DNA from: an uncultured Chloroflexia bacterium
Lineage (GTDB): Bacteria > Chloroflexota > Limnocylindria > Limnocylindrales > CSP1-4
Direction of reading: 5' to 3'
NCBI GenBank assembly: GCA_963813335.1
Contig: CAWEYL010000003.1
Span: 224,001 to 288,000, forward strand
DNA: 64,000 nucleotides
This document shows positions 41,257 through 52,055 of the stretch, piece by piece. Position 1 is the stretch's first letter, and each line of letters begins with the position of its first letter. The notes under the pieces are model-generated. The model was not told the DNA's origin and did no database searches. It saw only the letters and a list, made by a program, of their open reading frames with translations. Made by a program: the position numbers and the translations under genes.

Positions 41257-41715
41257 TCAGACTCCTTCGGCCACGAGGGCCTCGTCGGCCTCGATGGCGG
41301 CGATGATGGCCTGGACGGGGATCCGCCCGTTGGTGACCAGCTGCCCGCCGGCGTGGCGGATGGCCGCCCCGAACGGGGCAGCCCACAGGTTCTCGTAGAC
41401 GAGCACGGCGCCCAGGCTCCCTGGCGCCATGATCTCGCCGAACGTGAGGACGTCCTCCTCGGCCAGGGTCTCGGCCAGCTGGGTCTCGAGTCGGGCGAAG
41501 GCTCCGAGATCGTCGAGATCGCCCAGCTCCTGGGCCATGACGGTCCCATCCGTGCCCTTGCCGATGATCACCAGGTCCATGACCCGGATGATCCCGGCAT
41601 CGTGGAGCCGCAGTAGCTCCTCCGCGGCCTCGCCGGTGAACCGCTGCTCTCCAGCGGGGAATTCCACGACCAGGTAGTCGACCGGCCCCAGGCGGTCCAA
41701 CTCCGATTCGCTCAT
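41257..41715 (-). CDS. DUF6325/DUF1269-like protein
   Basis: LGPVDYLVVEFP, IRVMDL, VYENLWA and GRIP; GAAAGGA RBS. Confidence 0.85.
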   Translation of the reverse strand: MSESELDRLGPVDYLVVEFPAGEQRFTGEAAEELLRLHDAGIIRVMDLVIIGKGTDGTVMAQELGDLDDLGAFARLETQLAETLAEEDVLTFGEIMAPGSLGAVLVYENLWAAPFGAAIRHAGGQLVTNGRIPVQAIIAAIEADEALVAEGV

Positions 41716-41898
41716 GACCATTCCTTTCCGTGCGCTCCGGCGTCGGGCGATCGAGCTGCCCGTTGCGAAGCTGCGAGGACGGTCTGGGGGCCGTCACCTC
41801 GACAGTCTCGGCCGCGGCAGGCGCCGTCGCCCGAGGTCGATGCCGCTCGATGGTACGTCGGACCGCCGGCGGCGTCGCGGGCCATACGGCGGGAACGC

Positions 41899-43372
41899 TC
41901 AGACCGACCAGTCCGCGATCAGCGTCCGGCGGTCCTGGTCGCTGATCACCGCATGACCGGCGAGGAGATCGACCTCGAGCGTGAGTGCCGCATCGTGGTG
42001 GAGCCAGCGGAGCCGGAGCGAATGCGCCACCTCGGTCTCGACGCAGAGCTCACCCTCGAACGCGGGGTGTGAGTTTCGAAGCCGGACCAACTCGAGAAGT
42101 CGGCTGACCACCGGGCGCTCCAGCGCCGCACCGATCTCGTTCGAGGTGTAGTCATGGCGATTGATGGCCCGGCCCTCGCCGGTCCGCTCGACCGCCGTGG
42201 TGTCGTTCTCGCCGGCGAGCAGACCCACGTAGTAGACCTGCGGGACGCCCTTGGCGAACAGCTGGATGGCCCTGGCCGCAAGGTACCGCTCGTCGTCACC
42301 GTCCAGCGCGGAGTAGTAGGTGCAGTTGAGCTGGTGGACGTCGATCTCACCCGGGTCCCGGTCGGAGAGGATCCGGTTGACATTCCCACCCTGCCGCTGG
42401 ACCCGGTCCGCCAACGCCTGCATCTCGACCGGCTCCAGGATCCCGATGAGGTCCGGCCAGACGGGGATCCCGTCGTGGCAGTCGAGGGTCGTGAACTGGT
42501 GGTCCGGCGAAGCCGGCAAGGTGCGCGCCCAGGCGCGTCGCGTCGCCCGTGTGGAACGAGTGCAGGAGCAGCGCCGGCAGCACGAAGTCGTAGGTCCAGA
42601 AGCCGTGCGCCGCGAGTCGCTCGTGCGTCGCGAACACGTCGTGGACCTCGGGCAGGACGACCAGTCCGAACGAGGCGGCGACGTCGGTCACCCACGTGAG
42701 GAAGGCGTAGATCTCGGGCTCGACCATGAAGCAGGTCGTGCCGGGCTTCTTGATCACGTAGCCGACCGCGTCGAGCCGGACGATCCTGACGCCGTGCGCG
42801 GCGAAGTCCCGGAGCCAGTCCGTGATCAGTGACTTGGTCGCGCCAGAGGTGACATCGAGATCGATCTGCTCGGACCAGTCGGCGGTCCCGAACGACGTCC
42901 AGATCCGCTCCTGTCCACCCGAGTCCTCGATCGTCACGGTCGAGAAGGGCGCCTCCGGCTTCCGCAGGAAGATCCGCGCGACATCGCCGTCCGGCGGGTT
43001 CCCATCCGGCCACACCTTGTCCAGCGTGATGAAGAGATCGGCCGAGGTGGATCGGCGCCCGTGTCGCTGGAAATCCCGGAATTCCGGGCTCTGTCGCGAC
43101 AGGTGGTTGATCATCACGTCGAGCAGGACGTCGTGGTGCTCGCTGAGCCGCGCGATGTCCCCCCAGGTCCCGAATCGCGGGTCGATCTCGCGGTAGGTGA
43201 TCGGCGCGAATCCTCGGTCGCCCGACGAGGGGAACGGCGGCAGCACGTGGACACCTCGGAAGTACCCGGCAAGCGGACCGTCCAGCAGGTCGCCGAGCGC
43301 GTGGAGGTCGCCGCCGAGCGAATCCGGGTAGGTCAACAGCTGCGGGCGGGGCTGGACGCTCGGTGGTCGCAT
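41899..43372 (-). CDS. GH13_18 sucrose / sucrose-6'-phosphate phosphorylase (frameshift near 42510)
   Basis: QLLTYPDSLG, SGDRGFAP, DVMINH, RLDAVGY, LPEVH, TLDCHDGI, HQLNCTYYSAL and GRAINRH. Confidence 0.92.
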
Positions 43373-43517
43373 CGACGGTCCCGGATCGCGGCTCAGGCGC
43401 CGGTCGAGACGGGCAGCGCGGTGGTCGGCTCGCATCCCTGTGAACCGCGGGCACACATGTGGGCATCACGGTACGCGAACCAGGCCGGCCGGATCCGCCG
43501 CAGGACGGGCCGCATCG

Positions 43518-44342
43518 TCATCCCTTGACCGACCCTTGCAGCAGCGCCGAGATGACATGGCGCTGGAACACGATGAAGACGCCGAGGGTCGGCAGGAGGA
43601 TCAGGACGGTCCCGGCGCACAGCAACGGGATGTTCGTCGCGTAATGACCCTGGAAGGCGCCGAGGGCGCCGGCCATGGTTCGCTGGGTCGGGTCCTCCAC
43701 GAGGACCAGCGCGAGCAGGAACTGGTTCCACGCCCACACCGCCATGAGGATCCCGAGGGACGCCATGGGGGCGCGCGCGAGCGGCACGTGGATCCGCCAG
43801 AAGAGGTCCCAGGTGCTCGCTCCGTCAACCACGGCCGCCTCGGAGATCTCCTTCGGCATGTTCACGAAGTGGGCGCGCATCCAGAAGACCGCGAACGGCA
43901 TGAAGAGGCCGATCAGCGGCAGGACGATCGCGAGCCGCGTGTTCAGGATGCCCATCTGGCGCGCAAGGAAGTAGAGGGGCGTGATGATCCCCTCGAACGG
44001 CAGCGTCAGGCCGAACACGAACAGGAGCAGCAGCAATCCGGCGCCCGGGATGCGGAGCAGGCCGATGCCGAAGCCGGCCATCGTCGAGATCACGAGCGCG
44101 ATCGGCACGACCGCGAGGACGATGAACACGCTCGATCCCAGGAGCGCGCTCATGTTGGCGACCTTGAAGGCCTCGATGAAGTTGCCCCACTGCGGGTCGG
44201 CGGGGAGGCTGAGACCGCTCGGCACGCTGCCAGACGGGTAAAGGGCGGTGGTGAAGATGCTGACGAACGGCACGATCGTGAGGGCGATCAGCGCCAGCAG
44301 GAGCACCCGACCCGTGTAGAGCTCGCCTCGCGCGACCCTCAT
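43518..44342 (-). CDS. Carbohydrate ABC permease (MalG-like)
   Basis: EISEAAVVDGA EAA motif and WNQFLL. Confidence 0.9.
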   Translation of the reverse strand: MRVARGELYTGRVLLLALIALTIVPFVSIFTTALYPSGSVPSGLSLPADPQWGNFIEAFKVANMSALLGSSVFIVLAVVPIALVISTMAGFGIGLLRIPGAGLLLLLFVFGLTLPFEGIITPLYFLARQMGILNTRLAIVLPLIGLFMPFAVFWMRAHFVNMPKEISEAAVVDGASTWDLFWRIHVPLARAPMASLGILMAVWAWNQFLLALVLVEDPTQRTMAGALGAFQGHYATNIPLLCAGTVLILLPTLGVFIVFQRHVISALLQGSVKG

Positions 44343-45314
44343 CGCTCGCCACCTCGGCTCAGGCGCTGGATCGGCAGGATCACGATGAGGACCAGGATCA
44401 CCAGGACGACGGCCAGGGCGGATGCCAGCCCGACTTGGCGCTCGAGGAACGCGAGGATGTAGATCTGGATGCCCGGGCACGGCCGTCGCGTTCCCTGGGC
44501 CGCCACCGGTCGTGACATAGACGATGTCGAACGCGGCGAGCGCCGCGATCACCGTCACGGTGAAGCAGATCCCGATCTCGTAGCGGAGGCTCGGCACGGT
44601 GATCGCCAGGAACTCCTGGCGCCAGCCCGCCCCATCGAGCCTGGCGGACTCGAAGAGCGCGGAGTCGATCCGGGTCATGCCCGTCAGCAGCAGCACGGTG
44701 CAGAAGCCGAGCAGCACCCAGACGCCGATCAGGCCGACCGCCGGGAGGGCGGTGTCGAAGTCCCCGAGCCAGGCGCGCGCGACATCCCCGAGGCCGATCG
44801 CGGTCAGCCCCTGGTTGATCAGGCCGGTCAGCGACAGCAACCTGCCCCAGATGATCCCCGCGGCGACGAGCGGGATGACCTGGGGCAGGAAGAGGACGGT
44901 CCGCGAGACCGTCCCGAGCCTCCCGCGTGCGATCCGGTGGATCACGCTCGCGGTCACGAGGCCCAGCGTCACCGGGATGAGGCTGTAGAACAGCACGAGC
45001 CGGAAGGCGTTGAAGAGCGTCTCGACGAGCTTGGGTTCGCTCAGGACCGTCGCGTAGTTCGAGAGGCCGACCCACGTCGCCGGTCCGACGCCGTCCCAGC
45101 GGTACAGCGAGTACTGCACCGTCAGGGCCAGCGGCTGGAGCACGAACACCGCGTACATGACGAGGGCCGGCAGGACGAACAGCCAGCCGACCACGGTCTG
45201 TCGGCGGATCCCCAGCATCCAGGGGATCCGCCGGTCGAGCCGCCGACGGGCCGCCGAGTCAGTGGGTGGGGGCACCCCCTGCCTCGGCCGGACCTCGTCG
45301 GCGGCATGGGTCAA
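44339..45314 (-). CDS. Carbohydrate ABC permease (MalF-like; frameshift near 44470)
   Basis: WVGLSNY, LFESARLDGAG and FDIVYVTTGGGPG. Confidence 0.88.
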
Positions 45315-46742
45315 CGGGAGAGCTCCTTCTGGTACTCGGCCTGGACGGCCTTCAGGAGGCCGGCGGCATCCTGCTTGCCACCGACCATCTTCTGCAGTTC
45401 CGGCGTCCAGCCCTGCGCGAAGATGGAGCCAGTGGCGTTGGCGATGAAGTCCATCGCCCCATTGTCCTTGGCGACGCTGGCGCCCGGCGGCCAGCGTTTC
45501 ATTGGTGACGGAGCCGGCTGCGGCCGGCGGGACGGCCAGGTCGGTCGGACCGCCCGGGTTCGAGCCACCGACGGTGACGTCGATCTGGCGGGCCGTCTCG
45601 TTGGTCGCCACCCAGTTGAAGAACGAGGCGGCGCAGTCGGCGTTCTTGGCCGTGTTGCCGATGCCGTACGTCAGGGGCGCCGACATCGCGGCCACGGACC
45701 CGCCGGCCTCGGCAGACGGGAAGACGAAGAAGCCGACGTTGCCGGCAAGGTCCTTGTCATAGACGGCGTTCTGCCAGTCGCCATTGAACATGAACACGCC
45801 CTCACCCTTGCCGAAACGGGCATTGGCGTCCGTGTACTCGGTGGCGTTCGCGTCCTTCGGGAAGTAGCCGGCCTTCACCCACTGCTCGAGGTGCTGCGCG
45901 GCCGTGAGGTTGCTCGGCGTGTCGATGGTGGCTGCGGGCTTCTGGAAGATCCAGTCGTTGATCGGCTGGGTCGGCCCGTAGGCGGCCATCAGATTCTGCA
46001 GCGGGAAGGCGAGGCCACCGCCGCTGGCGGTGGCGTTCCAGGCCATGATCGGCAGCAGGCCGGCCGTCTTGGCCTTGGCCAGGAGGCCGTCGAACTCGGC
46101 CACGGTCTTGGGTGGCTCGGTCATGCCGAGCTGCGCGGCGAGCTTCTTGTTATAGAAGACGCCGGTCAGGCTGTAGTTGAGGCCCATGGCATAGAGGGAA
46201 CCGGAGCCGCGGGTCCCGTCGGATCCCACCCGGTTCTGGGCCAGCTGCGCGGCCGGCCACTTGTCCCAACCGTAAGCCGTCGCGTAGCTGTCGAGGTTCT
46301 TGAGCAGCCCGTCCTTGACGAGCGAGACCATCGACGGCAAGCGGATCAGGTCCGGGGGATTGTCGCCGGACAGGAGCCGCGGGGTCGCGGTCATGAGGTT
46401 CGTGAACTGGTCCTGGCTGATCTTCCAGGTGACATTCGGGAACTGCTTGGTGAACTCGTCGGAGAGCTTGAACGGCAGGTCGAACCCGGTCTCGAAGTAG
46501 GCGTTCAGCTGGACTGGGGCGGTCCCGCAGCTCGGGCCTGCCGCCGCGCTCGGCGACGGAGCAACGCTGGCCGCGGTACTTGCGGACGGCGCCACGGTGG
46601 GCGCCGACACGCTGGCCGCGGGGCTTGGGGTGACGGCGCCCGGAGCGGCGCACGCGGCCGCAAGGACCGACGCGACCGCGATCGCTGCGAGGCGCGCCGC
46701 GGGCGATGTCGCCCCGGTGCGCGGGAAACGGACTCTGGCCAT
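45311..46742 (-). CDS. Carbohydrate ABC substrate-binding lipoprotein (frameshift near 45485)
   Basis: Lipobox LAAAC, Ala/Pro/Ser linker, VFYNKKL and FMFNGDW; GGAGGAGGAG RBS. Confidence 0.88.
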
Positions 46743-46799
46743 GAACACTCCTCCTCCTCGTGTGTCTTCCCTAACGGGAGCCAAGCCCTGCGGGCGTCG

Positions 46800-47834
46800 T
46801 CATCCACGGCCCTCCTTCGGGGGCGCCGTGGTCGCACGGACCACCAGCTCGGGTGTCAACGGGACGACCGTTGGCTGTTCGGAGCGCGCCTCGATCTCGG
46901 CGAGCAGGACCTCCGCCCCGCGACGACCGGACTCGAGCAGTTGCTGGCGGACGTCGTCAGGCCGACGTAGTCGGCGGCCTCGATGTCGTCGTAGCCGATG
47001 ACGGACAGGTCGTCGGGGACGTGGAGCCCGATCTCGCGGGCGGCGGCGATGACGCCGAGGGCCTGCGTATCGCTCGCGGTGAAGATGGCCGTGGGGCGAT
47101 CGGCGCCGGCCAGCATCCGATGGGCGAGGTCGCGGGCCTCGTAGCGGCCGTGGGCCCCATGTCCGATCCAGGCGGTCGGGGATCGAGACCCCTGCGCGAG
47201 CCAGCTCGCCTGTCAAGCCGGCCTCGCGGTCTCGACTCGACGTGAACCCGAACGGGTCCGCGACCGCGTCGCCGATGAACCCGATGGCCGTGTGACCAAG
47301 GTCGAGGAGGTGTCGTGCTGCGAGCGCGCCACCGGCCGCGTCGTCCCCGATGACCCGCGGCATCGCGGCGATCGACGGCGTATGGACGTCGATGAACACG
47401 ACCGGGACCGGCGAGCGCACCAGGAGCGGGACGGCCGAGTCGAGCGGCGGCAGCGACATCACGAGCAGTCCGTCGGTCCGCTGCGACTGGGCCAGGGTGC
47501 CCAGGTAGTGATCGCGCTTCTGGACCGACTCGACGTTGTAGATGACGAGGTCGAACTCGCTGTCCGACAGCACCGCGTCGACGCCGCGGAGGCGTTCGGC
47601 GGCCTGCGGCCGGGTCAGGAACGACACGACCACGCCGATGGTCAGCGTCCGACCGAGACTGAGCCGCCGCGCCGCCGGGCTCGGTGTGAACCCGAGCTCC
47701 CCCATCACCGCCAGGATCCGCTCACGGGTCTGTGGGTTGACCACGTCCATCCCGTTCAGCGCCCTCGACGCCGTCGCGACGCTCACCCCCGCGTGGCGGG
47801 CGACATCGCGGATGGTGACGGCCTTCTTGGTCAC
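46800..47834 (-). CDS. LacI family regulator (two compensating frameshifts near 47165 and 46950)
   Basis: TIRDVARHAGVSVATASRAL; PTAIFTASD and VPDDLSVIGYDD lie in the shifted frame. Confidence 0.92.
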   Translation of the reverse strand: MTKKAVTIRDVARHAGVSVATASRALNGMDVVNPQTRERILAVMGELGFTPSPAARRLSLGRTLTIGVVVSFLTRPQAAERLRGVDAVLSDSEFDLVIYNVESVQKRDHYLGTLAQSQRTDGLLVMSLPPLDSAVPLLVRSPVPVVFIDVHTPSIAAMPRVIGDDAAGGALAARHLLDLGHTAIGFIGDAVADPFGFTSSRDREAGLTGELARAGVSIPDRLDRTWGPRPLRGPRPRPSDAGRRRSPHGHLHRERYAGPRRHRRRPRDRAPRPRRPVRHRLRRHRGRRLRRPDDVRQQLLESGRRGAEVLLAEIEARSEQPTVVPLTPELVVRATTAPPKEGRG

Positions 47835-47845
47835 GGCTGCCTCAT

Positions 47846-47874
47846 ATGTAACCGGTTACATGAGACCGGTTACA
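47846..47874. promoter_or_regulatory. Tandem LacI-type operators
   Basis: Perfect palindrome ATGTAACCGGTTACAT (47846-47861) and a second site TGAGACCGGTTACA (47861-47874). Confidence 0.8.
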
Positions 47875-47958
47875 ATACGGTATCAGCCACGTCAAGATGT
47901 CCGGTTGCGAGGGTGTGGCCTGGCGCCCGGCGATGCTCGATCGAGCAGCGGTCCGTCA

Positions 47959-48055
47959 TGGCGGGAACGCGTGGGAGTCGAACCCACCGCGCCGCGCCGA
48001 GCGCCGCGCCACTGGTTTTGAAGACCAGGGGACCCACCGGGACCCGACCGCTCCC
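47959..48055 (-). tRNA. selC: tRNA-Sec (UCA)
   Basis: 6-bp D stem with CGGU loop, CUGGU-CUUCAAA-ACCAG anticodon arm, long variable arm, GUGGG-UUCGACU-CCCAC T arm, encoded GCCA end. Confidence 0.96.
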
Positions 48056-48092
48056 GCGCCGATGGTAGCGCGGCCGGACCTATCATCCGGAC

Positions 48093-49161
48093 ATGACGAC
48101 GCTCGAGGCCCCGCCGCCGAACCCGTTGCGCCTGACCGACCTCACCGACTGCGGCGGCTGTGCCGCGAAGCTCGGGGCGGACCTGCTCGCTGACGCGCTC
48201 AGCGGACTTGGCGCCGACGCCGCGGCCCACGCCCCGGACGAGCTGATCGCCGGCCTGACCCCGCCGGACGATGCCGCCGCCTACCGAGTCAGCGACGACC
48301 TCGCGATCATCGGCACGCTCGACTTCTTCCCGCCGCTCGTCGACGACCCGCGGACCTACGGCGAGATCGCAGCCGCGAACGCGCTCTCCGACGTGTTCGC
48401 GATGGGCGGCCGGGTGCTGTTCGCGCTGTCGATCGCGGCGTTCCCCGAGGACCTGCCGCGTGACGTGCTGGCCGAGATCTTCGACGGCGCCTCGGCCAAG
48501 GTCCGCGAGGCCGGCGGGACGCTGGCCGGCGGCCACACGATCCGCGACCCGGAGCCCAAGTACGGCCTCGCCGTGGTCGGCGCCGCCCACCCCGACAAGC
48601 TCCTGCGCAAGGGCGGGGCGCGACCCGGCGACGTCCTGCTCCTCACCAAGCGGCTCGGCACAGGCGTGCTCGTGTCGGGCGCCCGTCAGGGCCGTACCGC
48701 GCCCGACCATCTCGCTGCCGCGATCGACCAGATGCGCACGCTCAACCGCGCCGCGGCCGAGGTGCTCGTCGCACACGGGGTGTCCGCCGCCACCGACGTG
48801 ACCGGCTTCGGCCTCCTCGGCCATGGGCTCGAGATGGCGCGCGCGTCCGGCGCCCGCTTCGTCTTCGATGCCGCCGCCCTCCCGGCGCTCGACGGCGCGC
48901 TCGACCTGGCCGCGGCCGGCGTCGAGACCGGCGGTGCCGCGCACAACCGGCGGTTCGTGCTGCCCGCGCTGACCGATCGCCGACGGCGTCGCGCCCGAGC
49001 TGGTCACGCTCGCCCACGACCCGCAGACCTCCGGCGGGCTGCTGGCGGCCATCGACCCGGTCACGGTCGCCGCCGTCGAAGGGGACCTCGACGCCCGCGG
49101 TGTCCCGCATTGGCGGGTCGGCCGGGTCGACGCGGGCGACCCTGCCGTCGTCCTCGCGTAG
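48093..49161 (+). CDS. selD: Selenide, water dikinase (Cys form; frameshift near 48975)
   Basis: GCAAK, DDAA, DFFPP, NALSDVFAMGG, GGHT and TDVTGFGLLGH; DPQTSGGLL in the shifted frame. Confidence 0.95.
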
Positions 49162-49171
49162 GCCGCCGACG

Positions 49172-49897
49172 ATGGAGATCGCCCCGGGGATCCGACGGAT
49201 CGGCGCGCAGAAGGTCAACGCCTACCTCATCGAGGAGCCGGGCGGGATCACGATCGTCGACGCCGGCCTTCCCGCCTACTGGAGCGACCTCCAGGACGAG
49301 CTCGCCGCGATGGGCCGCTCGATCGAGGACGTCCGAGCCGTGCTCCTGACCCACGCCCACGACGACCACATCGGCTTCGCCGAGCGGATCCGCTCGGAGC
49401 GCGGCACGCCGGTCCACGTCCACGAGGCGGACGCCGCCCTGGCCCGCGGCGAGACAAAGGCGACCAACGAGGGCGGCGGCCCGATGAGGCCGATCCCGAT
49501 CCTCGCCTTCCTCGTCTACGCCATCCGCAAGGGCTATCTGCGGACGAAACGCATCGCGGAGGTCTCGACGTTCGGGGATGGCGCGACGCTGGACGTGCCC
49601 GGGACGCCCACGGTCATCCATGTCCCGGGCCACACGGCGGGGAGTGCCGCGCTGCTCGTCCCGTCGCACGACGCGATCCTGGTCGGCGATGCGTTCGTGA
49701 CGCTCAACGTGATGAGCGGCTCGACCGGGCCGCAGCCCTTCCCGAACTTCAACGCCGACAACCGCCAGGCGCGCGAATCGCTGGGCCGCCTCGATCGCGT
49801 CGAGGCCGCACTCGTCCTGCCTGGTCACGGCGAGCCGTGGACCGGCGGCCTGGCGGAGGCCCTGCGTCTGGTCCGGGCCACGGGCCCGGTCGGCTGA
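49172..49897 (+). CDS. MBL-fold metallo-hydrolase
   Basis: THAHDDHIG, PGHTAGS, GDA and PGHG. Confidence 0.9.
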   Translation: MEIAPGIRRIGAQKVNAYLIEEPGGITIVDAGLPAYWSDLQDELAAMGRSIEDVRAVLLTHAHDDHIGFAERIRSERGTPVHVHEADAALARGETKATNEGGGPMRPIPILAFLVYAIRKGYLRTKRIAEVSTFGDGATLDVPGTPTVIHVPGHTAGSAALLVPSHDAILVGDAFVTLNVMSGSTGPQPFPNFNADNRQARESLGRLDRVEAALVLPGHGEPWTGGLAEALRLVRATGPVG

Positions 49898-49901
49898 CCC
49901 G

Positions 49902-51229
49902 ATGATCCCGCGACGGGTGCGCTGGCTCGCCGTCGTCCTCCCGGCCGTCGTGGTCGGGGCCATCGAGCTGCTGAGCGATACCGTCCTCGACCCGTTCCTC
50001 CCGTTCCCATGGGACACGATCCTCGTGATGCTCGTCGTCGGGCTCCTCGCCGCCGGCTTCGCGAGCTGGACGTTCGGTCGGATGGATCGGCTCACGACGT
50101 CGCTCGAGGCCCGGAATCTCGAGGTCGAGAACCGCGCCGCGTCGGCCAATGCGCTGCACGGGGTCTCGCAGGCCATCGCCTCGCTCGCCGACCTCGAGGA
50201 GATCCTCGAGGCGACCGTGAGCAGCGCCCGGACCCTGCTCGGCGCCGACCTGGGGCTGCTCGTCCTGATCGGCACCGACGGCGAGCCGGTCCTGCGCGCG
50301 ACGAGCGGACCGGACGACGCCTTCGATCGGAGTGGGTCGGGCGGCGGCGACGAGGCAAGCCGGTTCCTGCGAACCCCTCACCCGCCCACCATGCTCGGGT
50401 GCGCCGCTGCGGCGAGGCGGGACCACGATCGGCACGCTGGCGGTCGCCGGCCGCTCGATGCCGAGCCACCAGGTCGGCGACGTCGAGACGCTCTCGTCGC
50501 TCGCCAACCATGCGGCGATCGCGATCGAGAACCATCGCCTCGAGGCCGAGCTTCGCCAGCTCGCCGTCCAGCACGAGCGCGAGCGGATCGCCCGTGAGAT
50601 CCACGACGGGCTGGCCCAGCTGCTCGGCTACGTCAACACGAAGTCGCAGGCGGTCGAAGGCCTCCTCGCGGCCGGGCGGCTCGACGAGGCCATGGTCCAG
50701 ATGGCGGAGCTGAGCGCGGCCGCGCGGTCGAACTACGTCGACGTCCGCGAGGCCATCCAGGGCCTGTCCGAGCCGGTCGGCGCCGAGGTCGACCTGGGTG
50801 CAGAGGTCCGCCACTACGCCGACCGATTCGCCGAGGCGTCGAAACTCGTCGTCTCGGTCCATCTCGAACCAGGGCTCGAGACGGCGGGGATCGCGCCCGC
50901 CGTCCGCGACGAGATCTTCGGGACGATCCGGGAGGCCCTGACCAACGTCCGCAAGCACGCCGCGGCGCGGCGCGTCACGGTCGCGATCGGCACCCGGGAT
51001 GGGCGCCTCCTCGTCACGGTCGCCGATGACGGGCGCGGCTTCGACCCGGACCACGTTGACGGCGGACCGGGCGACTGGCCGCACTACGGCATGACGACGA
51101 TGCGCCGCCGGGCGGCCGCCATCGATGCCCGGATCGGCTGGACGAGCGCCCCCGGCGGGGGCACGACCGTGGAACTGGTCGTGCCGCTCGACGGGGCCGG
51201 CGCCGCGGCGCGCCGAGGCCGCCCGATGA
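49902..51229 (+). CDS. Sensor histidine kinase, 2 TM + GAF + HisKA_3 (frameshifts near 50400 and 51208)
   Basis: ERERIAREIHDGLAQ, EALTNVRKHA, DDGRGFD and GGGTTV. Confidence 0.88.
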
Positions 51230-51897
51230 GGATCCTCATCGCCGACGACCACGCCCTCTTCCGCGACGGGGTCGCCTCGCTCGTCCGGGCGTGGGGTCAC
51301 GAGATCGTGGGACTCGCCGGCAGCGAGGACGAGGCGGTGGCGCTGACCGCCGAGGTCGAGCCGGACCTGGTGCTCATGGACGTCCGGATGCCGGGCGGGT
51401 CCGGGCTCGCGGCGACGTCGCGCATCAAGGCCGCCCAGCCCGCGGTCGCGATCGTCATCCTCACCGTGTCCGAAGACGAGGACGACCTCTTCGAGGCGAT
51501 CAAGGCCGGCGCCCAGGGGTACCTCCTCAAGAACCTCGAGGCGGCGGAGCTGCGATCGATGCTCGAAGGGGTGGGTCGCGGCGAGGCCGCGATCAGCCCG
51601 GCGACGGCCATCCGGATCATCGAGGAGTTCGGACGCCGCGAGCGCCTGTCGTCCGGCGCCGAGGCCGTGCGCCGACCGGCCGGGCCGGATCGGCTGACCG
51701 AGCGCGAGCTCGACGTCCTCGCGCTCGTGACCCGCGGGCTGCGCAACAAGGAGATCGCGACCGAGCTCGGGATCAGCGAGAACACCGTCAAGTTCCATCT
51801 CCGCAACATCCTCGAGAAGCTCCACGCCGGCAGCCGCGCGGAACTCGCGGCGCGGGCCGTCAGGGAGGGGCTCGTCCCGGCGCCGGAGGCGGACTAA
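51226..51897 (+). CDS. NarL/LuxR family response regulator
   Basis: ILIADDH, DLVLMD, GYLLK and LTERELDVL...NKEIA...TVKFH. Confidence 0.93.
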   Translation: MRILIADDHALFRDGVASLVRAWGHEIVGLAGSEDEAVALTAEVEPDLVLMDVRMPGGSGLAATSRIKAAQPAVAIVILTVSEDEDDLFEAIKAGAQGYLLKNLEAAELRSMLEGVGRGEAAISPATAIRIIEEFGRRERLSSGAEAVRRPAGPDRLTERELDVLALVTRGLRNKEIATELGISENTVKFHLRNILEKLHAGSRAELAARAVREGLVPAPEAD

Positions 51898-52055
51898 GCG
51901 ACACCGCCCAGGCGCCGTTGCTGCCGGCTCCAGGGGGCCATATGGCAGGGGTGCCCCTACCCGGTCTGACGGGCGCCGTTCCCACCCGCATGCGTGTGGT
52001 CGCCGCCGGCCGCTGACGCCACGCTCCGTGGGACTCGGCCGCAGCGGAGGCAGCC

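Larger units (their letters stand above)
41888..47970. mobile_element. Putative tRNA-Sec-integrated island carrying a sugar-utilisation operon (no integrase seen)
   Basis: 11-bp direct repeat GGCGGGAACGC at 41888-41898 and 47960-47970 (tRNA-Sec 3' end) brackets the operon. Confidence 0.55.

Noticed and set aside
43518-46784. 1088-aa fusion of binding protein and two permeases
   Set aside because: Produced by frameshifts near 45485 and 44470; normal C-termini and overlapping stop/start codons exist in other frames
48093-48180. SelD as a selenoprotein
   Set aside because: The active-site codon is TGT (Cys); there is no in-frame UGA
37034-49161. selB and selD as pseudogenes
   Set aside because: All motifs are intact, the Sec-FDH and SECIS are retained, and similar indels occur throughout the window
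50332-51897. Hybrid kinase-response regulator fusion
   Set aside because: The ATGA overlap at 51226-51229 and a likely indel near 51208 indicate two genes
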